A DNA stretch of 64,000 nt, taken from positions 33,852,001-33,916,000 of the forward strand of contig OZ024748.1 in NCBI GenBank assembly GCA_964016885.1. The letters are read 5' to 3'. The first letter of the stretch is position 1. Every line of letters starts with the position of its first letter. This DNA comes from Eledone cirrhosa (Eukaryota). The position numbers and the translations under genes are program-made. The notes under the pieces were generated by a model. It saw only the letters and a list, made by a program, of their open reading frames with translations, searched no databases and had not been told where the DNA came from. Positions 43,998 through 59,204 of the stretch are shown in pieces.

Positions 43998-44954
43998 TCC
44001 TTTTGTATTTTATGTACTCAATTATACTATGTAATATATTGATGTATACTTATCTATATACGAATATGTATGTATGTGTATATTAACATACATATACATG
44101 TGTTATATGCATTTTTATGAATATATGTCTGTCTGTATATATGCATGCGTGACGTGTGTCTTCCAATTGGCTGAGGATGCACACACATGTTTATATATGT
44201 ATATGTAAGAATTGTGTGTGTACATGTACATGTGTGCCCATACAATTTGATTGCAGATAGACATAATTAACAGCCATAAATGCATGACAGCTAATCCTAT
44301 ATATTTATATATATATATTAACATTTTTTATTTAATAACATAAAGGATGTATAACATTAATAAAAAAAAATCGTTTATGCTTTGTAAGTATATATTATAT
44401 ACGGGGGTAGATATGATGTGTATTTTCTGAGTGTGTGTATATATATATTTATGTGTATTTTTTGCGTGTGTGTACGTGTTATATGATATGTAATTTCTCT
44501 AGCAATATATAGATTTCTTAATGTTTAAATTCAAATTTTTAATATATTGATCTCAATTTTTAAACTAAATATCTAATCATAGTTAAACAATGATTAATTT
44601 CTCATATTATATATGTATATTCCATTCATGAATATTAATATTTCTAATTTTATTTATTCATTTCATGTCAATTGTTAACTTAAATTAATATGACATGACT
44701 TAAGGTTTTCGTTCTCTCCCCCCTCTCTGTCTCTATATTTCTCTCTCTCGATTTTTTTCTCTCTGGCTGGTGTTTTGATATCTCTCTCTCGTTTTTCTCT
44801 TTTTTCTTTTTCTTTCTTTATTTCTCCCTTTCTCTCTCCGCTTTTCTCTCTCTCCATTTTTTTCTCTCTCTCCGTTTTTTTCCTTCTCCGTAACACAACG
44901 ACTTACTAATATAAGTAAACAAATGCACTATCCCTGATGTCTTCCAAAAGTAAT

Positions 44955-46614
44955 GGTTGCATTTTGAAAGGGTATGTCAATATTTATTTATAAAACTGGT
45001 ATATATTGTATTTTGTTTGATGAAAGCATACCATAATTTAACATGGTATCCTTGAAATATGTATAATAAAATAGATATGGTTTTATAAATATAGTTTCCA
45101 TTTGTTAATATCGTATATTTACTCCAAATACTTGTCGAGTGCTTTATATCAGTTATAAAAATATTTGCTTGTTGTATCCCAACAATTTAAATAGAACTTT
45201 ACTTACTCTTGGCGCAGCAGATTTGAAAAAAATTCCCGGTATAAGGTTAGCATTTCTTTGTTTATTTTTTATATATGAATATTGATTGTTCCTTATATCT
45301 CATTCTGTTATTTTGCCCGAGAAAATATCTGTGTGTCATCAAATGTTGTATACACATAGATATTTTTTCAATTTCCAATTGAGTTCTTAGCACGTGGCCT
45401 GAATTCCTTTCAGAATTCATTGTCACGCGCATGTATTGTTTTTTTTTTGGCGGTAATTCACTTCCTCATTTTTTGAATCAGTTCGAGCACTTCTTTCAGA
45501 ACTGCTGGACTGGCAACCTGACAGATACCTCAGGCACAGAGAGTGATTATCGCTAAATGCTGATGTTGGTTAGATTATCAATATTAGTATTATTGGGGCA
45601 CACACTGATGAATTATAGGCGCCCACTTGAATATATATTTATCGATGGTATACAAGCTTCTACATAAATTGGTATAACTTCACCCAAATTGTAGGAATCC
45701 TGTAATGAAACGAGACGTCCGTCTGGGAAGAGATATATTAGATATGTCTCATTTGAAATAATACAGCCAATTTTCCACGCAATACTTTTAGTTAGCACCC
45801 CGAACACATAATTGGGAATATGATCACTTATTTCCTAATGTTTGTTGAGTGAGTTGGAATTTGGCCGGAGTATCGCTAAAAAGCTTTCTCCGATATTGTA
45901 TTTATTTACTTACTAATGGCGCAGCAGATTTGAAAAAAATTCCCGGTATAAGGTTAGCATTTCTTTGTTTATTTTTTATATATGAATATTGATTGTTCCT
46001 TATATCTCATTCTGTTATTTTGCCCGAGAAAATATCTGTGTGTGTCATCAAATGTTGTACACACATAGATATTTTTTCAATTTACAATTGAGTTCTTAGC
46101 ACGTGGCCTGAATTCCTTTCAGAATTCATTGTCACACGCATGTATTGTTTTTTTTTTGGCGGTAATTCACTTCCTCATTCTTTGAATCAGTTCGAGCACT
46201 TCTTTCAGAACTGCTGGACTGGCAACCTGACAGATACCTCAGGCACAGAGAGTGATTATCGCTAAATGCTGATGTTGGTTAGATGATCAATATTAGTATT
46301 ATTGGGGCACACAATGATGAATGATAGGAGCCCACTTGAATATATATCTATTGATGGTATACAAGCTCCTACATAAATTGGTATAATTTCATCCAAATTG
46401 TAGGAATCCTATAATGAAACGAGACGTCCGTCTGGGAAGAGATGTATTAGATATGTCTCGATTGAAATAATACAGCCAATTTTCCACGCAATACTTTTAG
46501 TTAGCACCCCGAACACATAATTGGGAATATAATCACTTATTTCCTAATGTTTGTTGAGTGAGTTGGAATTTGGCCGGAGTATCGCTACAAAGCTTTCTCC
46601 GATATTGTATTTAT
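44955..46614 (+). mobile_element. pLTR-like hammerhead module (core mutated to TTGATGA at 45017) followed by a 707-bp tandem duplication
   Basis: About 44975-45118 is near-identical to 42950-43093. GGCGCAGCAGATTTG occurs at 45211 and 45918; about 45198-45904 is repeated at about 45905-46614. Confidence 0.7.
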
Positions 46615-46623
46615 AGGTTTATA

Positions 46624-46673
<50 letters not shown>

Positions 46674-46920
46674 TGTGTATATATATATATGTATATGTAT
46701 ATATATGTATATATATATATGTATATATATATATATGTATATATCATTTTAGAACACTTACAGTATGCAAAGTTTTTTCTTACTCACACATTCTCTAATG
46801 ACTTCATTACGTTTTCGCACTTTCACACAGATATTATATAAGTAAAATTTTCTATCTGGTAATAACTACCTTGATTAAATCTTAACCATTTAACATCTCA
46901 GGGTATGTCATGTATCATTA

Positions 46921-46976
46921 TATTTTGACTCATGAGGACGTACTGTTGTACATCCGAAATATGTATAATAAAATGT
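46921..46976 (+). ncRNA. Degenerate hammerhead (CTCATGA core) with a different stem II
   Basis: CTCATGA-GGACGTAC-TGTT-GTACATCC-GAAA-TATGTATA-ATAAAATG. Shares stem III and stem I sequence with the 42984 family. Confidence 0.6.
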
Positions 46977-47123
46977 AATTGATCAAAAGAACATCTATTT
47001 TATTAATACTTATATTTTAATATTAATAACTCCTGAAAATTTATTTTTCGTTGAGTGCTTCCAATCTACTGTAAAACTCATTCTTTGACATAATCATCGA
47101 ATATTGTTCAACAACTTAACATA

Positions 47124-47793
<670 letters not shown>

Positions 47794-48351
47794 AATATTG
47801 TTTAACAACTTAATTTTTATATTGCTCCCAACTGATTGAGCGCTTTTCTATACAATAGATTGAATATTATATAAGTATGGATTTCTTAAACTACCCGACT
47901 TCCCTCAAAGGTTGTAAGAGGCTTAGCTCTGTTTCTTGACCGCTGTATCATGTGATTGACTCCCCCTCCGCCTTTCGGGATTCTATCTCGCGTCCTACGG
48001 ATGTGTTTTGAAACTCTTAATGAGGTATCCTCTTGATAAGTCGGCAAACCTCACAAAAATACTGTATCTCTGTGATGTAGTGTTTTTGCATAATATGCCA
48101 CGAAACTACGTAGTCGAGGAGTAATGAAGGAATTTGGGTATGGTATATCTTATTAATTATATCTAATGTTTCTTCTTTCTTTATAATGTATTATATAGCT
48201 TTGATACTGAATCAATCTAATCCATTCGGATTATTTTGTCCCAGTAATTCATAGAGCAACATCGGTAGAAGTTGGCACCATTAATTCAGGGATATATGTG
48301 GATATATTCATCTATATGTATGTGTTCGCATGTATCTGTGTATTTCTTTAT

Positions 48352-48406
<55 letters not shown>

Positions 48407-48409
<3 letters not shown>

Positions 48410-48857
48410 GAGGTTATATTTAATTTGTTGGGATACAACAAGCAAAATATTTTTATAACTGATATAAAGCACTCAACAAATTATTGGATTAAATATACAA
48501 TATATTAACAAATGGAAACTATATTTATAAAACCATATTTACTTCATTATACATATTTCAATGGCTACCGGAGCAAACTATGGTGCGCTTTCATCATATA
48601 AAATATAATATAGGTTAGTTTTATGAATAAATATTGACATACCCTTAAAAAAATGCAACCAGGAGATTCCAATCAGGGGATTCCAACCAGCATGGTTGCA
48701 TTTTTTAAGGGTATGTCAATATTTATTTATAAAACTAACCTATATTATATTTTATCTGATGAAAGCTTACAATAGTTTGCTCTGGTGGCCCTTGAAATAT
48801 GTATAATGAAATAAATATGGTTTTATAAGTATAGTTTCCATTTGTTAATATATTGTA
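48407..48857. mobile_element. Head-to-head inverted pair of hammerhead modules
   Basis: 48407-48660 (minus strand, core mutated to ATGATGA) and about 48694-48857 (plus strand, CTGATGA 48756, GAAA 48794) are reverse complements around a ~33-bp spacer. Confidence 0.8.
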
Positions 48858-48881
48858 TATATATATATGTATATATATATG

Positions 48882-48918
<37 letters not shown>

Positions 48919-48931
48919 GTATATATATATG

Positions 48932-48964
<33 letters not shown>

Positions 48965-48987
48965 GTATATATATATACGTGTATATG

Positions 48988-49022
<35 letters not shown>

Positions 49023-49208
49023 GTATATATATATACGTGTATATGTATATATATATATATATGTATATGTATATATATATGTATATATATATACGTGTAT
49101 ATGTATATATATATGTATATATATATGTATATGTATATATATATGTATATATATATGTATATGTATATATATGTATATATATATATGTATATGTATATAT
49201 ATGTATAT

Positions 49209-49240
<32 letters not shown>

Positions 49241-49282
49241 GTATATATATGTATATGTATATATATTTGTATATGTATTATG

Positions 49283-49500
49283 TAGATAAATCTACCAAGA
49301 GTTTACGGTAGTGTCCAATCCGTATGAAGAACTCAATGTATTCCGGATATCATGGAAAGAAGAAATGTAATGAAAAATCACTTTCGGTGAAAGATAAACG
49401 GTATACAGAGTCAAGATAAAATATTAAACAAATAAATGAACTTTTTTTTATTTAATATAAGGAATTGTTTATTCATTATTTGTTTAATATTTTATTTGTA
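49283..49500. mobile_element. Terminal fragment of the PLE family at 55736-57887
   Basis: GTAGATAAATCTACCAA..TTTACGGTAGTGTCCAATCCGTATGAAGAACTCAATG is shared with the sequence from 55736. Confidence 0.65.
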
Positions 49501-51837
<2,337 letters not shown>

Positions 51838-51869
51838 GTTAAAAGAATAGAGGTGTAACACACAATTTA

Positions 51870-52339
51870 TTATATATTGGTAAACGGAATAGAAAATGCT
51901 GACAAATTGTTCACAGTTGAAAAATGGTTTAATTAGGAATAAAAGAGTATTAGTGATTGTATGGGTTAGTATTCAGTTGTGGTTTTAAGTTTTTAAGTTT
52001 TTACCGGTTGCGCATTTCTAAATGCTTTTCAAAAATAATTTTGAGAAAGAGTGTCCGTGTTGTTTGCTCTGATCTGATTAGTTTTGGGAATTCTACCTGT
52101 TTTTATGTTAAAAAAGTGGCTCCAATTTGCAAAAATTCTTGTGGTCAAAACAGTTTTGATTGGTCGGTAGAGGTCATGTGAATGTAAAAAATTGATTTTG
52201 CGCCAAGACTGTTTTTATGTTAAAAAAGTAGCTCCAGCAAAAATTCTTGTGGTCAAAACAATTTTGATTGGTCGGTAGAGGTCATGTGAATAAAAAATTG
52301 GTTTTGCGCCAAGATTGAGAAATGACTCTTTCACAACAA

Positions 52340-52417
<78 letters not shown>

Positions 52418-52491
52418 TAGTAGTAGTAGTAAGGTGTTCGATGTTGTGATAATGGTTAGTAGCGATGTGTGTCAAATGGCTATTAAGATAA

Positions 52492-52522
<31 letters not shown>

Positions 52523-54824
52523 GCAGAGTAATTTGTGGTGGCAGGGATTGTCAGTAAGAATGTGTCTGAAAGCAATGGGGGGTATTTTAGCATGTAAAAA
52601 GATATTTTTCAGCTTTTGTCTTATACGGAGAAGTGCGTGTGTGTGTGTATATAAGTCTCTTTGTATGTTGATGTACGCGTGTGTATGTGTGTGTGTGGGT
52701 GGACCAGTATTTTTTTCCCCCTGGTAAAATGGTGTACATTATTCGATTTTTTCAGTAAAATCGGTTCTCTTAATAGAACATCAAAAATCTTAACAAAAAA
52801 AGGTGTGAAATGATATTCACTATATATATATACATACACATACATATATTCACTATATATATACATACATATATACATATATATATGCACATATATTTTT
52901 TTGTGTTGCACCATAGAGCATGTGTGTTTACGTATGTCATTGTGTTTATATGTGGGTAAAGATGTGTGCTGATGTAGGTATGTATGTTGACGTGTGTATG
53001 TTGTGGGTTCGTCTTAGGGAGAAGTGTTTAGACGGGGTCCGTATTTGTTAATGAAGTAATATTCCTTGCTGATGCGCTGGGTGTGGGTGGCATTATCTTT
53101 AAATTTGTAGAGGGGAAAGATTCTGAAGTTGGGATGATTTTGGGCGGCACAGGTATCAATGTGTTCACTCAGTGGTATTTTCCTGTATTCCCGTATTTTG
53201 ATTTGGGATCTATGGACAGTCATGCGTTGGCGGAGGCTGTTTTTGGTCTGGCCTATGTATTGTTCTCGACAACCTGAACAAGTTAATACATATATTAGAT
53301 TTTCCGATGCACATGTGAAATTGTGTTTTACTATAAAACGTTTTCCATCTTTGAAATAGAATTCCGAACCCTCTATTAGGTTGATGCAAATGCCACAGTT
53401 GGGTCTATCGCATTTTTTTACTGTGGGTTTCGTTGTTGTGGTTGGCAGTACTTTGGCATGTGTTAAGATGTTTTTCATTGACTTGGATTGTCTTTTGCTC
53501 TTTATGATATCGTGTGTTCGTAGAATTTGGTTCATTCTATGGTCCTTTTTCAATACAGGGATGTTCTGGAGGATGGTGTCAAAGGCCTCATTGTTAGGGG
53601 GTTGTGTGTGGAGATGTATGGAAGAGCTTTTAGTTTTGGTTGATTTACTTTAGGGTGTCTAAGGTCCTGGGTACTGAGTTTTAGGGCACGTTGGATTCCA
53701 TTGTCAATTAGTGATGCAGGGTAGTCCCTGCCTATGAGTGTGTCCTTTAGTTCTTGTAGCCGTAAGTAGCAGATGTTTTTATTGGAGACTATAGTACAGA
53801 TTCTCTTGGCTAAGTTGTAGGGAATATTAATTTTAACGTGTCTAGGGTGGCAAGAGTTGAAGGGGAGATATTGCTTGGAGTCTGTGGGCTAGTATATGTC
53901 TGTTTCTATTGTGCATCGGAAAATCTAATATATGTATTAACTTGTTCAGGTTGTCGAGAACAATACATAGGCCAGACCAAAAACAGCCTCCGCCAACGCA
54001 TGACTGTCCATAGATCCCAAATCAAAATACGGGAATACAGGAAAATACCACTGAGTGAACACATTGATACCTGTGCCGCCCAAAATCATCCCAACTTCAG
54101 AATCTTTCCCCTCTACAAATTTAAAGATAATGCCACCCACACCCAGCGCACCAGCAAGGAATCTTACCTCATTAACAAATACGGACCCCGTCTAAACACT
54201 TCTCCCTAAGACGAACCCACAACATACACATGTCAACATACATACCTACATCAGCACACATCTCTACCCACATATAAACACAATGACATACATAAACACA
54301 CATGCTCTATGGTGCAACACAAAAAAATATATGTGCATATATATATGTATATATGTATGTATATATATATATAGTGAATATATGTATATGTATGTATATA
54401 TATATATAGTGAATATCATTTCACACCTTTTTTTGTTAAGATTTTTGATGTTCTATTAAGAGAACCGATTTTACTGAAAAAATCGAATAATGTACACCAT
54501 TTTACCAGGGGGAAAAAAATACTGGTCCACCCACACACACACACACACATATATACACAAACACATACACACGCGTACATCAACATACAAAGAGACTTAT
54601 ATACACACACACACGCACTTCTCCGTATAAGACAAAAGCTGAAAAATATCTTTTGACATGCTAAAATACCCCCCATTGCTTTCAGACACATTCTTACTGA
54701 CCATCCCTGCCACCACAAATTACTCTGCTATACACACACACACACACACACACTTATCTTAATAGCTATTTGACACACATCGCTGCTAACCGTTATCACA
54801 ACATGGAACACCTTACTACTACTA

Positions 54825-54910
<86 letters not shown>

Positions 54911-55379
54911 TTGTTGTGAAAGAGTCATTTCTCAATCTTGGCGCAAAACCAATTTTTTATTCACATGACCTCTACCGACCAATCAAAATTGTTTTGACCA
55001 CAAGAATTTTTGCTGGAGCCACTTTTTTAACATAAAAACAGTCTTGGCGCAAAATCAATTTTTTACATTCACATGACCTCTACCGACCAATCAAAATTGT
55101 TTTGACCACAAGAATTTTTGCAAATTGGAGCCACTTTTTTAACATAAAAACAGGTAGAATGCCCAAAACTAATCAGATCAGAGCAAACAACACGGACACT
55201 CTATCTCAAAATTATTTTTGAAAAGCATTTAGAAATGCGCAACCGGTAAAAACTTAAAAACTTAAAACCACAACTGAATACTAACCCATACAATCACTAA
55301 TACTCTTTTATTCCTAATTAAACCATTTTTCAACTGTGAACAATTTGTCAGCATTTTCTATTCCGTTTACCAATATATA
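51870..55379 (-). mobile_element. Penelope-like element with a ~1.45-kb inverted duplication (51870-53313 vs 53910-55379)
   Basis: The GIY-YIG ORF 53553-53014 (NLIYVLTC..YIGQT..LRQRMTVH) is mirrored at 53910-54209 on the plus strand. The upstream minus-strand frame gives YLPFNSCHP..NIPYNLAKRI (PLE RT C-terminus). Confidence 0.9.
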
Positions 55380-55384
55380 TATAC

Positions 55385-55665
55385 AGAGCTGTATGGGAGC
55401 ATCCCAAAAGTCAGCTCAAAAGTGACACAGAGGAGACTGAGGTTGGCTGGACATGCTCACCGACATCCAGAGTTGACATTGCACTCAGTGCTCCTTTGGG
55501 AGCCCCTACATGGACACACTAGAAGAGGAAGACCAAGGTTAACATATGTTGATGCCCTAAGGACAGACACTTGTCTGTTGGAGATGCAGGATATGGCAGC
55601 GATAATGAGGGACAGAGACCGCTGGAGAGAACTCGTCCATGGATCTCGGGAATTTTACCCGCCTT

Positions 55666-55670
<5 letters not shown>
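55385..55670 (+). mobile_element. RTE family B 3' fragment ending directly in (TA)n
   Basis: RRLRLAGHAHRHPE..WEP..RRGRPRLTYVDAL..DRDRWR is an RTE C-terminus. Confidence 0.8.
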
Positions 55671-55735
<65 letters not shown>

Positions 55736-55738
<3 letters not shown>

Positions 55739-56922
55739 GATAAATCTACCAAAAGTTTACGGTAGTGTCCAATCCGTATGAAGAACTCAATGTAATCCGG
55801 ATATCATGAAAAGAGAAGATGCATTCAAAAACTACTTTCGGTGAAAAATAAACGGAAAATAGAGTCAAGATAAATTAATAAAATAATAAATAAAGAAAGA
55901 AACAGTTCCTTATATTAAAAAAATTCATCATTTTACGATTGTTTCTAGGATATATATGTGTTAGAGTTGGTATGCATATTCTATAGATCTATCTATGTAC
56001 AATATTTATACAAACTTTCAGAGGGAATATACATACCTACACATATATATGCTGTCTTCAGAAATAATGATATTTGTTTATTGATAAAAGATTCAATACA
56101 ATAGGTCTGTTTGGGAACAGGTTTTGAATTGACCAATCAGGAGATAGTGAGGGTCAAGATAGTAATGTAGTAGTAGGAGAACCTTAAATTATGGGTAGAG
56201 GAAGGTAGATTTCAGTTTTGGATGGAAAAGAATATTATGAATGAAGGATTATTTTAGGGAAGAAATAGGTCTTATGCTGACCTCAGAGATAATTTTATTT
56301 GTTCATTGAATAAAACCAACAAAGATCTAATATATTCTGTCTGTTTGGTAAGAGGTTTAGAATTAACCAATAGAAAGTTAATAATTGGCCAAATGGTAAA
56401 ATAGTAGTAATTGAAGCTTATTTTAGGGGTGAAACTAGGTCAGGTGGTCAGTAAAAGGTATATAAGCAGTTGCTGTTATAAAATAGTAATGCCAATACAA
56501 ATATCTAAGGTGACCAAAGTTTTAAGATAAGAATGTTAGTGAAAAAAATACATCTATGAAAAGAATATAAAATTAATTTAATTGATGGGTATATTTATAT
56601 TGATAAAATTATACTAATACATATAGATATGATAAATAAGAGTTAGATGCAGTTGAAAAGTGCTGTTAAAGATGAGGGGAAATTAAAAGAATATAAAAAT
56701 AATATATATATATATATACTTATATATATATATATATATATACATATATATACACATACACACATATATATACATATATACATACATATATACACACTCA
56801 TACATATATATATATATATGTATGAGTGTGTATATATATGTATGAGTGTGTATATGTACATATATATATACACACACACACATACACACATATATATATA
56901 TATATACACATATATACACACA

Positions 56923-56954
<32 letters not shown>

Positions 56955-57885
56955 CACACATACATACATACACATATATATACATACACATACACACTTA
57001 TATATACATATAATTATTGGTGGGGGGGATTAAATTTATTAGTGAGAAATAGTAAATATATATAGTTTTCAAGGAACATAGAGTCATAACCTGAAGTTAA
57101 AGCATTATATATGTTTACTTAATGGTATCAGTTTTAGGAAATGATTTTGTAAGAAGGAAAGCAAAATTATGTAGTTCATCAGTCGTAGAATATTAATTAT
57201 AGGTTAACTAAATTAAAAATAGTTTATATATTAATTTCTAAAGTGTATATTAATTAGGTTTATAATATTTAAAGCAGAATTATGTAGTTCATCAGTAGTA
57301 GAATATTAATTATAGGTTAACTAAATTAAAAATAATTTATATATTAATTTCTAAAGTGTATATTAATTAGGTTTATAATATTTAAAGGTTTTTCTCAGTT
57401 TATGATTACACGATATTATTAATTCCTGTCGCTTATTTAATAGGATATCCTTAGATTTCATTATTTCGAAAAGTTCTTGGGAACATAATCTACATTCATT
57501 TCTACTATTTTGATAAGGGGTGGCCCTTTTGAGCACACTCCAGGTCAGGTCATATTCTATATTCCTCTTTCTATAACTATTAATTATTTCAGCTAGAGAT
57601 GTTGTATTAGCTAGTGCGGCATTTTTAAAACTATGTTTGTGGGTATTAAATCGTACCTTAAAATTGTATTGAATCTTTGTTTTTATCAATAAACAAATAT
57701 CATTATTTCTGAAGACAGCATATATATGTATGTTCCCTCTGATAGTTTGTATAAATATTGTACATAGATCTATAGAATATGCATACCAACTCTAACACAT
57801 ATATATCCTAGAAACGATCGTAAAATGATGAATTTTTTTTTAATATAAGGAACTGTTTCTTTGTTTATTCATTATTTTATTAATT

Positions 57886-57887
<2 letters not shown>
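55736..57887 (-). mobile_element. Penelope-like fragment (GIY-YIG C-terminus) with inverted terminal duplication
   Basis: ORF 57689-57363 has FKVRFNTHKHSF..TTSLA..WSVLKRA..CRLCSQE..LLNKRQE. About 57666-57887 is the reverse complement of about 55872-56100. 113-bp tandem duplication at 57161-57387. Confidence 0.8.
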
Positions 57888-57933
<46 letters not shown>

Positions 57934-59204
57934 CAGGGGTTAGACAAAATAATGGAAACACCTAGCATCATAGCATCATAATTTTAAAATATCTATAAAA
58001 CCGTCAAAAGCTTGTTTATTTTTATGTTTTTTATTTATTATTAGTTTTGCTTAATATGATTTGTTAAAGTTTCTGTTTCTTTTCAGATATCATCAGATAA
58101 AGGTAATTAAAATTCATTAAAATGACAGATCTATCGGACTTTCAAAGAGGTCAAATTGTTGGTGCTCGTATGGCAGGCGCTCGCGTAACGAAAACAGCCG
58201 AAATGTTTGTTGTATCAAGAAGTACTGTCTTTAAAGTAATCACAGCCTTTGAGAAAGCGGGAAAAAACCTCCTCGTCGAAACAAAACTCCGGAAGAAAAC
58301 CAAAACTTTCAGATAGGGACCGTCGGACTCTTACGCGAATTGTTAGAAAGGATCACAAAAGTACAGCTCCTAAAATTACTGCAGAGCTTAATGACCACAT
58401 CGAGAACCCCGGTTCCACAAAAACTGTTCGCCGGGAGCTGCACAAAGCCGGATTTCACGGGAGGGCTGCAATCAGTAAACCACTACTTTCAATAACAAAC
58501 GTTGCAAAGCGTTTAGAGTGGAGTAAAAACCTACAGAATTGGTTCCTAGAGCATTGGAAGAATGTTATTTTCTCGGCCGAGTCATCCTTTACCTTATTTC
58601 CGACCACCGGCCGAGTATACGTGTGGAGACAGCCAAAAGAAGCATTTGACCCAGACTGCCTTCTTCCAACTGTTAAACGTGGAAGAGGATCTGTGATGAT
58701 CTGGGGGGCTATATCTTGGAAATCCGCCAGCCCAATGGTTTCCCTTCATGGCAGAATTAATAGTCAAGACTATTTAAGCATTTTATCTGATCAAATTCAT
58801 CCCATGGTTGCGGAACTGTTTCCGGAGGGAAACGCAATCTTTCAGGATGATAACGCACCAATTCACATAGCTAAAGTTGTTACTGAATGGCACGAGGAAC
58901 ATTCTAGTGAAGTTGAACATCTTATCTGGCCACCACAGTACCCAGATCTCAATATTATTGAACATTTATGGTGCATTTTAGAAAAACAAGTAAGGAGTCG
59001 ATATCCTCCACCATCATCACTACAAAAACTGGAGACTGTTTTAGCTGAAGAATGGACAAAAATTCCTTTGGAAACAATTCAAACTTTGTACGAGTCCATA
59101 CCTCGTAGAATTCAAGCTGTAATTACTTCCAAAGGCGGTCCTATCCCATATTAATATAAATTCGTTTGAAATTTTAAGGTGTTTCCATTATTTTGTCCAA
59201 CTCC
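57934..59204 (+). mobile_element. Tc1/mariner DNA transposon with ~30-bp TIRs
   Basis: Left end TA|CAGGGGTTAGACAAAATAATGGAAACACCT (57934-57963). Right end AGGTGTTTCCATTATTTTGTCCAACTCC (59177-59204); its terminal TG|TA is missing. Confidence 0.92.
58122..59154 (+). pseudogene. Tc1-like transposase, frameshifted near 58260, DD36E spacing
   Basis: HTH region MTDLSDFQRGQIVG..GRKPKLS. Catalytic motifs FSAES (first D replaced by A), FQDDNAPIH and WPPQYPDLNIIE. Confidence 0.9.

Noticed and set aside
45210-45220. TGGCGCAGC as an LTR primer-binding site
   Set aside because: Match is too short, and there is no TG..CA LTR or gag/pol nearby.
57170-57300. Minus-strand CTGATGA motifs as hammerheads
   Set aside because: No closing stem II or GAAA at a suitable distance.
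57695-57760. CTGAAGA..CTGATAG (mirror copy CTGAAGA..GAAA near 56015-56061) as a hammerhead
   Set aside because: Stems I and III and the NUH triplet could not be formed convincingly; at best a decayed motif.
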